Shown piece by piece: positions 42,722 to 54,483 of a stretch of 64,000 nt of DNA. The DNA comes from an uncultured Nitrospinota bacterium (GTDB taxonomy: Bacteria; Tectomicrobia; Entotheonellia; J063; CAVPRW01). Every line of letters starts with the position of its first letter. The stretch's first letter is position 1. Location: NCBI GenBank assembly GCA_963707985.1, contig CAVPRW010000048.1, forward strand, positions 32,001 to 96,000, written 5' to 3'. Both the position numbers and the translations under genes were made by a program. The notes beneath the pieces were generated by a model. The model was not told the origin of the DNA. It made no database searches and worked only from the letters and a program-made list of their open reading frames with translations.

Positions 42722-44738
42722 TTCGTCCTCCCAGCGGAATCTCGACCTGTAGCTCGGTTCCACGCTGCCGCTGTGTGTTAATCCGCACGCTCCCACCGAC
42801 CAGATGCACCCGTTCGTCGAGGCTGATCAGCCCCAAACCCCCTCGGCGCCGCGCCTCGGTGAGATCGAAGCCCTGCCCGTCGTCTGTGATGGTCAGCTCC
42901 AGGCCAGCGGCGGTGCGTCTCAGCACGACGTGCGCCTGGCGCGCGCCTGCATGCGCGGCGATATTGCGCAACGCTTCCTGAGCGACGCGGTACAGACAGA
43001 GCGCCACGTCCTGCGAAATGTCGTCAAGACCGCGGGCAGCAGAAAGTGTGACCTCGATCGAGTGTTGCCTTCCAAACTCGGCGCAATGACCTTTGAGCGC
43101 AGCGATCAGGCCGGCGTGTTGTAACACGCCAGGGTGCAACTCATGCGATAGGTTACGAATCACCTCGGCCAGATCAATGGTGCGCTGCTGCAGCCGGGTG
43201 AGCTCCTCCTGAACAGCCGGGTCCCCACTGTCATGCAACCATCGCTTGACGTTACTGAGAGCGATGGACAAACCTGCAAGCTGCTGGTTGACATCGTCGT
43301 GCAAATCGCTGGCGATCCGTGAACGCTCGGCTTCCTGTGCCGTAATCAGCCTTCCCGCTAAATCCTGAATCCTGTCATAGCTTGCCCGAAGCATGGCCTC
43401 GTTGTCCCGCAGCGTCTGTTCAGCCCGCTTGCGATCCGTAATGTCGTGTCCAATGGCTTGAACTTCTACGAGATGTCCGTTCGGCCCGAAGATCGGGTAG
43501 CCAACCCAGTGCTGCCAGCCGACGCCGCCGTCTGGAAGCAACACCTCCTGTTCCCAAGTGCATGGGTCTCGCCGCGTGGCCACCAACGCGATGTGATTGA
43601 GCGTCCGCTCGCGGGTTTCTTCCGGTAGCAGCTCGAGAAACTTTCTGCCGATCAGGTCTTGCCGTTTCTGCCCGGAGAACCGGCAATAGGCTTCGTTGAC
43701 GAACGTCAGTGTCGTGTCCGGAAGGTAGCGGGAAACAAGGTCCGTCTGACTCTCGACCACTTCCCGGTATCGTTCCTCGACTTGCTGCTCATGCTCAATG
43801 AGTATAGCCACCAGATACAGAGGCGCCGCTCTCAACAACAGGAAATGTTGCAGCGCAAGAGCGGTGTCGACGGGCGAGTGTCCGGAAAAAGGTCCGTGGC
43901 CCTGAAGGGCGGCGGCGACGGCAAAGAAAGCGATAACTGCAATAGCACCGGAGGCGCCCAACATGCCAAATCGAATGGCCGCCCAAAACAGGAACGGCAC
44001 CGGCGCATAGAAGCGGGGCTCGGCGAAACCAGTCCCGCCCGCTTCAGTATCAAACGCGATGTATGCGGTCGCGATCAGGCCTGCCGTCAGCAGCGCTCCT
44101 TCGACCGACCGTGTCGAGAAACGGGCCGGCGTATTCCACGGGGCCCCCAGAACCCAGTAAAAAATGACGGGTGTGACGACCAACTGAGCCAGCGCATCCC
44201 CCAGAAACCATTGCTCCCACGCCAGCCCAAAATCGTGTCCGAGAAAGTGGCGCGCCGCGGCGCCCCCAAACGCCGAAGCGGCCGGAACCAGCAGCACCGC
44301 GAACAGACAGAACAGCGCAAAGTCCCGCACCGTTTCGAAACGGCAGGGATTACTGACGAAGCGGCGCAGAGCCAGGGCCACGAGGAGCCCTTTTATGGAA
44401 TCGATTGTGAACGTGGTCAGCAAAAACCATAACGGAACATCCGGAGGGACCACGACGAACAGCCGAATCGGGAGCGGTGCAAGGACAAACACCCACCACC
44501 AGCGTGGCTGAACCAGCAGTAGCGCGCAAAGCAAAACCGAATCCGGAAACCAGAACGGCGAAGCGGTCGTATGACTGAAGGACATTCCGTACCGGTAAGC
44601 GAAATAGAACGCCACCACGAACACACACATCGCGAGAACATTGCGCAGAACGGGCTGACGCACCGGTAGCCTGCAGCCGCGTCCTGGGCTGTTCTGATTG
44701 CTTCGTACGTCCTTCGACGTGAGACTCATGCCCGGCAT
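42687..44738 (-). CDS. MASE1-PAS HisKA_3 sensor histidine kinase
   Basis: SPFWFPDSVLL MASE1, PAS, ERSRIASDLHDDVNQ, QEALRN, DDGQGF. Confidence 0.9.
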   Translation of the reverse strand: MPGMSLTSKDVRSNQNSPGRGCRLPVRQPVLRNVLAMCVFVVAFYFAYRYGMSFSHTTASPFWFPDSVLLCALLLVQPRWWWVFVLAPLPIRLFVVVPPDVPLWFLLTTFTIDSIKGLLVALALRRFVSNPCRFETVRDFALFCLFAVLLVPAASAFGGAAARHFLGHDFGLAWEQWFLGDALAQLVVTPVIFYWVLGAPWNTPARFSTRSVEGALLTAGLIATAYIAFDTEAGGTGFAEPRFYAPVPFLFWAAIRFGMLGASGAIAVIAFFAVAAALQGHGPFSGHSPVDTALALQHFLLLRAAPLYLVAILIEHEQQVEERYREVVESQTDLVSRYLPDTTLTFVNEAYCRFSGQKRQDLIGRKFLELLPEETRERTLNHIALVATRRDPCTWEQEVLLPDGGVGWQHWVGYPIFGPNGHLVEVQAIGHDITDRKRAEQTLRDNEAMLRASYDRIQDLAGRLITAQEAERSRIASDLHDDVNQQLAGLSIALSNVKRWLHDSGDPAVQEELTRLQQRTIDLAEVIRNLSHELHPGVLQHAGLIAALKGHCAEFGRQHSIEVTLSAARGLDDISQDVALCLYRVAQEALRNIAAHAGARQAHVVLRRTAAGLELTITDDGQGFDLTEARRRGGLGLISLDERVHLVGGSVRINTQRQRGTELQVEIPLGGRNDAPHDSVARR

Positions 44739-45100
44739 GACGCACCCAGCAACATGGTATTCGGTGGTCAGATGACAGGAATGTACGACGACTGCAATAT
44801 AAGAGCATAACTGAGTATGGCACCAAGGTCGTAGGCTAGGCAAAGCCACAAGTCGCTTGGCAAGAAACTGCAATAGGGACGCAAACACTGGGCCTTCAGG
44901 CTTTGCGCGCACTTACTCTTACTATGCAGAACATCGCTTATTTTTGTCAAAAAATTCCATCCGTGCTGTAATGACTATCGATACTCTGCTGGCTGTTTGA
45001 TCCTATACATGGGCTGCTGTTGGTGCACTTCATTTTCATATCAATAGTCAATATCAATTGCCAATCGTTGTCATCCGTCTCATCATAGAGGAGCAAGCCT

Positions 45101-45200
45101 ATGACAGCCACAGTGGCCCCTAATGAGCATGATACCACACCTGAGCGAGTCCTGTTTATTGAGTTTGCACTGCATGAAAAGACCTGGAAACTCGGTTGGC
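45101..45200 (+). pseudogene. IS110-like transposase N-terminal fragment
   Basis: MTATVAPNEHDTTPERVLFIEFALHEKTWKLG. Confidence 0.4.
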
Positions 45201-45241
45201 TTATGTGTAACTACCGTGCATGGTGTGGAATCATGCTGATA

Positions 45242-45567
45242 TGATTGACCTCCCGATTGCCGAACTGTTGGATCATAGCATTTGTCTCCTCTGGTTGGAG
45301 CGTCACCTGCATCCAGATGGGTTTGCATGTCCTCACTGCCATAGCCCCGAGCGCCGACTCCTCCGGCCGCAGGGCGCCTTCCCGGCCTAGCGTTGCCGCG
45401 CGTGTGACGGCTACTATACGCCGCTGACCAGCACCGTCTTTGAAAAGACCCGCCAACGCCCAGCCATGCTGGTCCTTCTGCTGCGCGGCATTGCGAAAGG
45501 CGAACCCAGCGCGCGCTTAGCCCGCGAGTTGGGCATGTCACACAAGCAATTGCACACGATGTGCTAG
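45242..45567 (+). pseudogene. IS1595-like transposase zinc-ribbon fragment
   Basis: HPDGFACPHC...RCRAC...LTSTVFEKTR...LARELG with an internal TAG. Confidence 0.6.
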
Positions 45568-45598
45568 GGAGTGCACCTGCATTTTTCGCATGATCACG

Positions 45599-46360
45599 CT
45601 ACGGTGCGCTTGCACGGTTTTCTCGCTCATCCCCAAGCGCCGTGTCTGTCATCGCTTCCAGGGCGTTGAGCATCAGGTTCAAGACCACCTGTTGCCGTTG
45701 CACCTGATCGCCGCGGACAGGAGGGAGCACGGGATCGAGGGGGAGGCGTTCGAACTCGCCCTTCCGCAAGCAGCCGCGCAGGCGGCAGATCACTGCGCTG
45801 GCCCGGTGATCGTCGCCGACGATGTCTGCCAAGTTGGCGCGGACCTCCTCGAGGTCCGGGGGGGCGGTGGCGAGGAATTGTTGCGCTGCCGCAGCAGGCG
45901 GCTGATGAGCAGGGCCTCGACGCCGCATAGCAGGCCGCTGCCGATGATATACCCCTGGTACTGCTCCCATATGGATGGCACTTTATAGTGCACGTGGCTG
46001 CCAGGCGGGAGCCTGTTCTCGCTGATCCCCCAGCGCTGCAACTGACGCCAGTCGAACATGTCGGCGTTCGCCCGCCCCGCGAGGAACGACATCTCCGCAG
46101 GCTTCTCCCCAGCCAGGATGCGCAACCCTGCGGCCGCCGCCTCTGAGCCATGCATGTCCAAGCTGAAGAGGTGACCACCAACGATGCCTCGACCCAGGAA
46201 TTGATCGACGAAACCATAGATTGGAGCGGTTGCAGCCTGGGAAATAAGCGGCAACGCCTCATTAGGCTTGCACAGTGTGCCCGCCTTATCCTTAAACAGA
46301 TGGAGATAAAGGATAATCATGTGCTTGGGCAGATGCGCCACTGTTTGCAGAATCTCCTGG
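45599..46360 (-). pseudogene. Sensor kinase remnant with internal deletions
   Basis: MFDWRQLQRWGISENRLP periplasmic part joined to VRGDQVQRQQVVLNLMLNALEAM. Confidence 0.7.
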
Positions 46361-46369
46361 ATCGAACGG

Positions 46370-47147
46370 TGAGCTGGGGCAGAATCTGAGCCCACATCCT
46401 GGCCTTCCAATCATCCACCACCATGGCGTCGAACAGGCCCGCGTTGAGCATCTCCAGCATGTCCTCGTCCTCTAGGGCATCGGGCACGAAGGTGAGTGTC
46501 ACTGGTGGCTGGCCTGCCGCAGTGAAGCGCTCGCTCAGCGCCACGAGGCTCTCGTAGTAGCTCGAGGCCCGGCGCACGTGCACGGTCTTGCCGGCGAGAT
46601 CATCGAGCCCGCCGATGGCCGGCGATTTTGGCCCGGTCACCAGCAGTTCCGACACCCCCTCCTGACAGGCAAGGCGACGAAGTCCACGATCGCTTGGCGG
46701 TCCTCGGTGATCGTCAGATTCCCCGCGGCGATATCGCCTAGCCCGGCGGCCACGTCCGACAGTAACTGATCGCGGGTGGTGGCGATCATGAACACGGTGA
46801 TCGGGCGCTTGCCGAGCTGTGGGCGGTGCTTCTGGTTGAGGTAGCGCTCGAAGTTGCGCACGAGCTCCGCCGTCAGACCGCGCTCGCGCCCTTTGTCGTT
46901 GACAAAAAGCGTGCGACTATAGGGCACCAGCACGCGGATCATGTGGCGCGCTATGAGCATCTCGAAGTCGGCCCGTCCATGGCTTGTTCACGATCGCCAG
47001 GGTGCGGACTCTCCCCTTCGCTGCGGCGGGTGCCTTGTCCTGGGCGACCACCGCCGGGCAGAGGATGACGAGCAACATCCCAGCCAGTAGACTCACACCG
47101 ATGGCGGCCAGGTGCTGAGTGTTCTGAGCGTTCGTCATGGCTCTCAT
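46370..47147 (-). pseudogene. MltF-like lytic transglycosylase/SBP fragment
   Basis: IRVLVPYSRTLFVNDKGRERG, DIAAGNLTIT, VHVRRASSYYESL; truncated. Confidence 0.75.
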
Positions 47148-47599
47148 ACAGTAGTTCCTCCATCGGCCATGTCATGTTGAACACCTTGCTTCGGTGCATA
47201 TGCGTGTCAGAGAACCACGCATTAACAGCGACCAGCTGTATAAGACACAGGTTAGTCGCGCCAGGCACCCTTTGTCTTATGCATCGCACAGGACAGCGCC
47301 CAACTCTTGAGTCTATGGCACTAGTTCCACATCACCCTCCCAACCGTCCTGCGCGAGAGGGGGATCTCATCGTGTGTTGGGACGGATGAGACGGGAATTG
47401 TGCAGCATTATAGCACATATACGGTTCTTCTACGGCGAGACTTTCGGCCCCATAGCCGGTGGCAGGCGATGGCTTTCGCATGGGTTTAGGTGAGCCGGCA
47501 TAATTCCCCACAGATGTCGCCGCGAACCGCGCCGGCCACCCGGAACAGGCACAGATCGATGTGCAGATCGAGGGGGAGCAGCGCCAGCAGCGTCTGTCA

Positions 47600-48380
47600 C
47601 CGCGTGGACGTTCCCGTGCCACAGATACCATTTCAGACGTTCCAAGTCCCGCACAACCGGATCACGCAGGGGATAGTTCGCCTCCTCATCCTTGGTCTGG
47701 TCCGGCAAGCCTTTAGCCGTTTGCTGGAGTATGGTCAATCGCATCGTGTCATGGAACCAATCGAGCAGGTGCTCCGCGTGCGGGTTCAGATAGAGCTGGA
47801 GATCCCGCATCGATGCCGACGGTGAGCGGACCATTGGGGATGAGAAACAGCTCGATTCCGCGGGGCAGCTGTCGATAAACGCCCACTCCAGCTGCTGTTC
47901 CAATCGTTCCGCTATGGTGAAGACATGCTCCCGGCTCGTGCAGGGGGCGAGCGCTTCGGCGATCGGCAGCACATCCTGTAAGAGCTCTGCTGTGACGCTA
48001 TACGACACTAATGCTGCCCACTTCGTTTCCAGAAATAGCAACTCCGGCGTGAGATGCTCGGAGAGCAAGGCGGCTAGGTGACTGAACGGCTTGGTGGGGT
48101 GAGGCTGACACGAGCACTGGTGCAGGCGGGGGCTCTGGTCCGCGATGGTGCCAAGGACCATCCGGACTTGTGTGGGATGGTAGCCTTTACTGCGCTGTAC
48201 GTGGCCGCAGTGGGCACAGGGACGTTGCGTCTCAACATATGCCGTTGTCTGCTGCCCCACCACCACGGCTGGTAAAGCCTTAAGGATGGCTTTGCCTTCG
48301 GCGAGCGCGAGGCCCACGGAGGTGGGCGTGCAGTCTTCCCGCTCCACAGAGGTGAGGTCACGGGTCTCGGTCTGGCCCTC
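47600..48380 (-). pseudogene. ISKra4-family transposase remnant
   Basis: GLALAEGKAIL, LTPELLFLETKWA, HLLDWFH, LKWYLWHGN. Confidence 0.8.
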
Positions 48381-48520
48381 GGGGGAAACATCGTCTGGTC
48401 TGCCTGGGACTCCACCACCTGCACCCAGGCCTGCAAAACCCGACAGGTTTGTGGCCAGAGCGGGACCGTGAGTTCTTTCCGGTCTTTCCCTGGCTCCGCA
48501 GCACGCTGCAGGCCTGACAA
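48381..48520 (-). pseudogene. Tyrosine recombinase fragment
   Basis: GKDRKELTVPLWPQTCRVLQAW resembles the GKGRKER.VPL motif. Confidence 0.5.
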
Positions 48521-48670
48521 CAGTGAGAGCAAAAACATTGAGAAAATAACTGGTTGAAACGATCTTTCCTCTGGCGGTAGCTTCGCTAGTTTTGGGCCTT
48601 GTCGATTTCGGAATCCCCCGAACGACTATTTCGTGTCAACAGCGATGCCACCACGATTGTGGAGAGAGCG

Positions 48671-48890
48671 ATGAAATACCTGTGCCTGATCTACTATGAG
48701 GAGCAGAAGCTGAACGCCTTGTCCAAAGGCGAATTGGACGCCCTCATCGACGAGGCGTTAGCCTATGACGAAGTGCTCCGGAAGAGCGGTCACTACCTGG
48801 TCTCGAACGCTCTCCAATCCGTGCAGACGGCCACGACGGTGCGGGTCCGGAACGGCAGGGTGTCCGTCACCGACGGTCCCTTCGCTCGAG
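48671..48890 (+). pseudogene. YciI/DGPF protein, N-terminal half
   Basis: MKYLCLIY...TATTVRVRNG..VTDGPFA, then abrupt junction. Confidence 0.8.
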
Positions 48891-49218
48891 CCGGGAGGGG
48901 AACTACGGATCGTCACGGCGAGGGCCTCGCGCAAGGGACGCCTTGCTCGCGCGTGCCGGCCGCTTCAGCCTCTGCGCCCAGACGGAGACCCCGCCGTATC
49001 GGTACGTGAGCGTCGAGGGCCCCATCACCGCCACCGGCGTGGCGGACCTGGAGCGTGACCTTCGCCCCCTCGCCCACCGGTACCTCGGCGCAGACATGGG
49101 CGACCGCTACGTCGAACAGACACGAGACGCACATGAACATGTGGAGAACATGCTGATCCACATGCGCCCGGAGCGGTGGCTTACAGTCGACTACGCCAAC
49201 GAAGGCGGGACCTTGTGA
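48891..49218 (+). pseudogene. PPOX/F420-dependent oxidoreductase, C-terminal half
   Basis: AGRFSLCAQTETPPYRYVSVEG..LAHRYLG..MRPERWLTVDY. Confidence 0.7.
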
Positions 49219-49333
49219 GGAGCGCCCTTCGTCAACTCATGCTGGGGCTTCGTCATGGGTGAAAGCGATGACTCTGTTGGCCATCTCACGCGTGAGATGG
49301 CATCGGCCTCACGGGAGGGTGGATCGGGGTATT

Positions 49334-49494
49334 AATGATATCCTGGGGAAAATGGGTCCCCTGACAGTTCACCGCCTAGGACTATGGATACCAGTTGTTC
49401 GTCAGGGGTCATCTGCCCAATGCCAAGTGCACGCCAACACTGATGACACGAGAGGTCAGACTGGCTTCTCCAGACTCTACTGTGCGACAGAACC
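49334..49494 (-). mobile_element. IS6-family left-end relic
   Basis: Minus strand starts GGTTCTGTCGCA and later encodes AVNCQGTHFPQDII, resembling the IS6 transposase N-terminus (FKGxHFPxDII). Confidence 0.6.
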
Positions 49495-49518
49495 GTCGCC
49501 ACCTCGCGGGTGGGGGCA

Positions 49519-50100
49519 CTACTGCAGCGCCACGTCAACCCACACACCGGTACGTTCCCATTCCATGCGAAGCACGCCAGCATCTGGGCTGCGTTGACTG
49601 AGCGTCATCGTGAATTGCTCGACGGGCGCCGTCAAATGCTCGACCTGCATATCGACTCGGGCAAGGTCTTGCGATTGATTGTAGGTGGTGCCCCACTGGC
49701 CGGTCTGCTTGTTAATGATGAGCTGCCATCCGGATTCCTGCGGCAAGGTGTAGAGGGTATAGGCGCCCGCCGGCACGCGTGCCCCTCCGATGATGATGTT
49801 GGCTTCCGTGACAAACGACGTCGCCTCATTGGCTCCGGTTCGCCAGACCTGACCGTAGGGTATCAGGCCCCCGAAGATTTTCCGACCCCGCATGGACGGA
49901 CGACTATATGTGAGGTCGATCTTCTGGCTGTTGAGCCGCAGCTCGGCACTCCCCGGTGGGCTCGGCCGATCCTGTGGCTGAACTCCCTGGGCAGGTTGAG
50001 CCGCGAGCGACGGCACGAGATGGACGAACGCAAGCGTCACGACCGCAACGGACAAGAAAGCCACGAGTGTTAAGCTCACGAGTGTTCTTGTTGGCCACAT
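49519..50100 (-). CDS. DUF2911 secreted protein
   Basis: YSRPSMRGRKIFGGLIPYGQVWRTGANEAT, VPAGAYTLYTLP. Confidence 0.88.
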   Translation of the reverse strand: MWPTRTLVSLTLVAFLSVAVVTLAFVHLVPSLAAQPAQGVQPQDRPSPPGSAELRLNSQKIDLTYSRPSMRGRKIFGGLIPYGQVWRTGANEATSFVTEANIIIGGARVPAGAYTLYTLPQESGWQLIINKQTGQWGTTYNQSQDLARVDMQVEHLTAPVEQFTMTLSQRSPDAGVLRMEWERTGVWVDVALQ

Positions 50101-50554
50101 CGTCTCTCCTGGGAAAGGGGTGGGAGGTGTGGAAGTTCCCCTACAGGCATACCCACGTCAGACTCCGGGACTGCCGGGCAACAGATGGAACGAAACGGAT
50201 CAGAATCATGCCCGCATCCAAGCGGCAGGCTGGGCGTGAGCTGCGCTGTCGAGATGTGCGAGAGTATAATCCAGCCGACACCAGCGGTAAACAGCGAAGC
50301 GCAACACCATGCGAAACCGTCCCTTTACGTGGGATAGACGACTCACCGGGAAGGTGCAAATAGGTAGAGATAGGTGACGCCTGTGGCCGCGATGTCGATG
50401 ACGTTGCGTGACCAATGTGAGCCCATGCACCTTAAGGCCTGGCGGAGAATGTCCCGATGCTCCGCTTCCATAAATACACCGGCACGCTGCTCATCAAACC
50501 CTCGGCAATGAGAGCTCTATCTGGAGAAGCGACTCGCTCTCAAGATGACCGATC

Positions 50555-50860
50555 CATGTGTCTGACCGTGCTCCAGCAGACGATCAAAGGCTTACCGCGC
50601 AAGACTCGGGATGAGGCGGAGGCCTATCCTCGGCGTGATCCGGTCGTGCGGGACTTGGAACGCCTCTAGTGCAAGAGTTCCATACATATATTGAAAATAA
50701 TCAAGGCTTCATTCCCAACGATGGCGAGCGATATCGGCACGGCGAACGCATCAACACGGGCATTGTGAAATCGACCATGAATCAGGTGATCTGCAAGTCC
50801 TTCTGCAAGACGCTACAGATGGCCTGGACCCCACGCGGGGTCCATCGCCTCCTCGGCGCA
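50555..50860 (+). pseudogene. ISKra4 transposase C-terminal fragment
   Basis: EFHTYIENNQGFIPNDGERYRHGERINTG..STMNQVI. Confidence 0.75.
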
Positions 50861-51110
50861 CCAAGAGCACAGTCGCTTCTATAGCATGAGGGTCGAAACC
50901 AGAAGCTGTCATGCCTCTGCTCGCGGGGTGATCATGTTGACAGACAAGAAGTTGACAAAGCTGTTGTATCTGCGTCACACTATGTGAGGACTCGGCGCGC
51001 GTCTTCCCCGTGAGGCGTACCCCGCCGAGCGTATGTCGCGCTTGGCACACGCGAGGCGGGGTGCGGTGTCCTGATCGCTTATGTCGGGGTCCTGAACAAC
51101 TCTGGGACAT

Positions 51111-51917
51111 GTGAGGCACATAAGGTTGGACTATATCGCGAACCACGAACCCTTTACCGACTGGGCCGCCCTGTACGCCATGGGGGCGCTGGAGGGGGAG
51201 GAACGGACCCAGTTTGAGACCCACCTCGCCCCGGGGTGTCTGGCCTGTACCACTCTGCTCTCAGAACTGTCGGAGGTGGTGGTGGCTCTGGCCTGGGCTG
51301 CGCCGGCCGTCTCACCCCGGACGGAGCTTCGTGAGCAACTGCTGGCGCGGGTGCGCACCGAGCAGGCCCCCCCGGTGCCTACCCCGCCGTTCCGCAGGAT
51401 GCGTCCTCCCATCAGGAGGTGGTGGCATCCGACCCTCTGGGTAGGGAGAGTGGCGGCCGCCGGCCTCGTGGGTGTCCTGGGGTGGGCCCTGTATGACGCA
51501 CAGGTACAGCTGGGGAAACAGCGGGTGGTGAACCAGCAGCTCACGGAGGAGTTGGCGCAGGCGCGCGTGCTCACCACCCTGGTCGCCCATACCGACACCT
51601 ACGTCGCAGCCTTGGCCAGTCCCCAACCGACCACCCCGCCGGCTGCCGGCTGGATCGTCTGGAGTCCCTCCAAGCACCGTGGATTCATGGTCGTACATTT
51701 TCTCCCGGCGTTGCCCGTAGGGAAGACGTATCAACTGTGGGCCATCGCTGGCCAGCAGGCACGGTCAGCCACGGTCTTTCAGGTCGATACGGTTGGGCAC
51801 TCCGCGCTCATGGTGCCTGTGGCCGTCGCCCATCCCGATCGTTTCGAGATTACCGTCGAACCTGCGGGAGGGGTGGCGGTGCCCAGCGGCCCCGTGATGC
51901 TGCACGGCAGCCCATAA
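51111..51917 (+). CDS. RskA-type anti-sigma factor with ZAS motif; no cognate sigma gene adjacent
   Basis: YAMGALE...FETHLAPGCLAC, TM helix, GKTYQLWAI, ITVEPAGG..PSGP. Confidence 0.88.
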   Translation: MRHIRLDYIANHEPFTDWAALYAMGALEGEERTQFETHLAPGCLACTTLLSELSEVVVALAWAAPAVSPRTELREQLLARVRTEQAPPVPTPPFRRMRPPIRRWWHPTLWVGRVAAAGLVGVLGWALYDAQVQLGKQRVVNQQLTEELAQARVLTTLVAHTDTYVAALASPQPTTPPAAGWIVWSPSKHRGFMVVHFLPALPVGKTYQLWAIAGQQARSATVFQVDTVGHSALMVPVAVAHPDRFEITVEPAGGVAVPSGPVMLHGSP

Positions 51918-52103
51918 TCTGACGGGGTATCAACCGCGCTGCCATACCATCCTCCCTCTTGCGCATGTCGGCATCGGCGACAGCGTTCCTTGACATCGGT
52001 TGCCTGCGTCAGGAGGCCCAAAGTCAGGTACGAGAGGCGCCAGTCGAGCCCAAAACGCGTATGCCATTGCTGACCGCCGGGCCCGAAGGAGGAGAGGAGA
52101 CCG

Positions 52104-52640
52104 ATGTCAATCCCAAGGCCCTCAGTCTTTGGCTATCCGATCATCCGATGGATCCCCCTCAAGGCGTTTCTGGACATGCCTGCTCGGTACAGCGACGAGG
52201 GGGAGTTGGAGACCATTGTGCAGGGCCTACCCCTTTCCCAGGCTCTGGAGCTCTGTGCCATATTGAATCTGCTCGTGGCCAATCCGCAGGACCTGTTCTT
52301 CGAGCGAGGGGATGCGGAAGTACTCTCTCGCCTCGCACTCTATGATCGCAGCAAACGCAGAATTCTACGGTATCTCAGCCGACACGCAGGATGCCGGGTG
52401 TTTACGCGCGTGAACTTGATCGCCCTCATGAAATGGGTTGCCTGGCTCTCTCAGGAATCCAGCGCCCACACGGCGGCGCAGAAGGATGGATTTCTGATTG
52501 CTGCGATCGTGGCCGGTGACCGATTCATTGCGAGTCATGGCGATCTGTGGAACATGAGCCCTGGTCCCGACCACTATAACCCGGCGCGCATCCAGTTGGC
52601 CTATCAGGTCTCGTTCTGGGGTAGTGGACGTGGTGATCCC
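52104..52640 (+). pseudogene. Hypothetical protein 5' part, fused to ISL3 remnant
   Basis: GGAG RBS; frame runs into transposase sequence (LGLAVSRHTLLRL). Confidence 0.5.
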
Positions 52641-53882
52641 GTCAGAGCCCTGGGCCTGGCCGTCAGTCGCCACACCCTCCTGCGCCTGCGGCGTCGTCTG
52701 CCCATTCCACGTGTGGCCATCCCCCAGGTGTTCGGCATCGACGCTTGGGCCTTTCGAAACGGTCAGACCTCTGGGACCGTGCTGATCGATCTCGAGCGAC
52801 ATCAAGCGCTCGCCCGCCTGCCCGATCGTGAGGCCAAGACCGTGACCCTCTAGTACAGGCCCATCCCGGCGTCGGCGTGATTACCCGTGATCGGTTTGGA
52901 GCCTACGTGGATTGGGCTCGGCAAGGCGCCCCCGACGCGATCCAGGTCGCGGTTCGCGTTCACCTGGTGCAGAACCTCGCCGAAACCCTCGACCAGGTGG
53001 TTCATACGCAGCGCAACGCCCGGCATGCCGTCAATGAGGCATTCGGCCAGGTCCCGGGGACGCGACCCGACGGCACGGTGGCCGTCCCAGTGCCACCTCC
53101 ATCTCCACCAAGGGTGGCCCAGGAGCTGGGCCACCAGCGCCAGATGCGGCGGCTGGGACTCCATCAGCAGAGCTGGGCCTTCCCCCAGCAGGGTTAGCCC
53201 TGAAGAGCCATGGCCCAGCCGCTGGGGATGGGCCAGCATACCGTGTTGCGCGACCTTCGGACGGAGACCTTGCTCGAACGCAAGCGCCGGACGGACCGCG
53301 GCGGCAATATGCTCACGCCCTACACCACTGATCTCCTCGACCGTTGCAACACCGGCTGCCGTGGCACCTGGCGGCGCTTCCGCGAGCTCCAACCGCAGAG
53401 AGATCCCGAGCGCTATGCGCCGCGTCTGCGCCACGCCCCACGCCCAAGAGGGCGCACCCCAGCAACGACGACGACGTCATCCCTCGCCGAGCGTGACCGC
53501 GCCGCCGCACCGCGCCTTGATCCCGCGCCGGGCGACCTGGCTGTTCCTGCGACGGCTGGCGCCGCTCACGGCGCAGGCGGCCGAGCTCGCCGATGCCATT
53601 GCGCTCGACCACGATTGTGCCCAGCGGGTGTGCCCGCGGCAGGCACAACAGCTGGATCCCTGGCTGGCCCTAGTGGCGGATTGCTCCTTCGTACCCTTGC
53701 AGCAGTTTGCAAAGGGCCTGCGTGACGATAATGATGCCGTCAAAGCCGGCGTGACGCTGCCCTGGAGTCATGGCCCAGTGGAGGGCCACATGCATCGCCT
53801 GAAAACGCTCACGCGCCAGATGGGTGGCCGTGTCAGCCTCGATCGGCTCCAGCGCCGCTTCGTGCTGGCCGCCTACGGATAG
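52641..53882 (+). pseudogene. ISL3-family transposase remnant
   Basis: GIDAWAFRNG..GTVLIDLE, RDRFGAY, QVAVRVHL, WSHGPVEGHMHRLK. Confidence 0.85.
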
Positions 53883-53959
53883 CGCCAGAGCCGGAATAGT
53901 GTCTCTTGGCGATGCCCTCAACGCGGCATTCGCGTACGGGCTGGGTTGCTGAGTACCGG

Positions 53960-54470
53960 CTTCCCGGGTTTGGACCGGGGGAGGTGAGTGATGGGACGCG
54001 AGAACTGCCACCATGACTCCGCTCACGCCTCACCAAATCGGTGGTTGGCAACGTCCGCTTTTGGCGGTATGCCTTCACCGCTCCGGGGCAGCAAGGCCTC
54101 TGCCCCCTTGACGTCGAGCTGAGCATGCCAGCGCGTCGCTATGCCGACCTGCTGCAGGAATGGGCCGTTTCGGGCACGACCGATGAGTCCTAGCGCGCAC
54201 CCCGCAAGCGGTGGTGCCGGCCCTGCTGCAGGACCCCGGCCGTCCAGAAGCGGAGACTCGCCCTACACCTGTAGGGAAGGAACTGCGCGCGACGCTGGAA
54301 GGCAAGTCGGCGGCCATGACCCGGTGGGTGCAAGGGGAGGGTCCCCACATCCAGCACCAGGTGGCGCTCACCGATGGGGCAGAGGCGTTGCAGCAGCAGG
54401 TGGTGACCCACGTGCCTGAGCACAGCCTGGTGAGGGACTTCAAGCATGACCGGCAAAGCGCCTGGCGTTA
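53960..54470 (+). pseudogene. ISKra4-like (ISAzba1-type) transposase fragments
   Basis: LCPLDVELSMPARRYADLLQEW, ELRATLEGK, VALTDGAEALQQQ. Confidence 0.6.
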
Positions 54471-54483
54471 ATGTCGCCTTCCA

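Noticed and set aside
48381..48520. Tyrosine recombinase fragment as the integron integrase
   Set aside because: It is too short, 28 kb from the attC sites, and shows no IntI-specific insertion.
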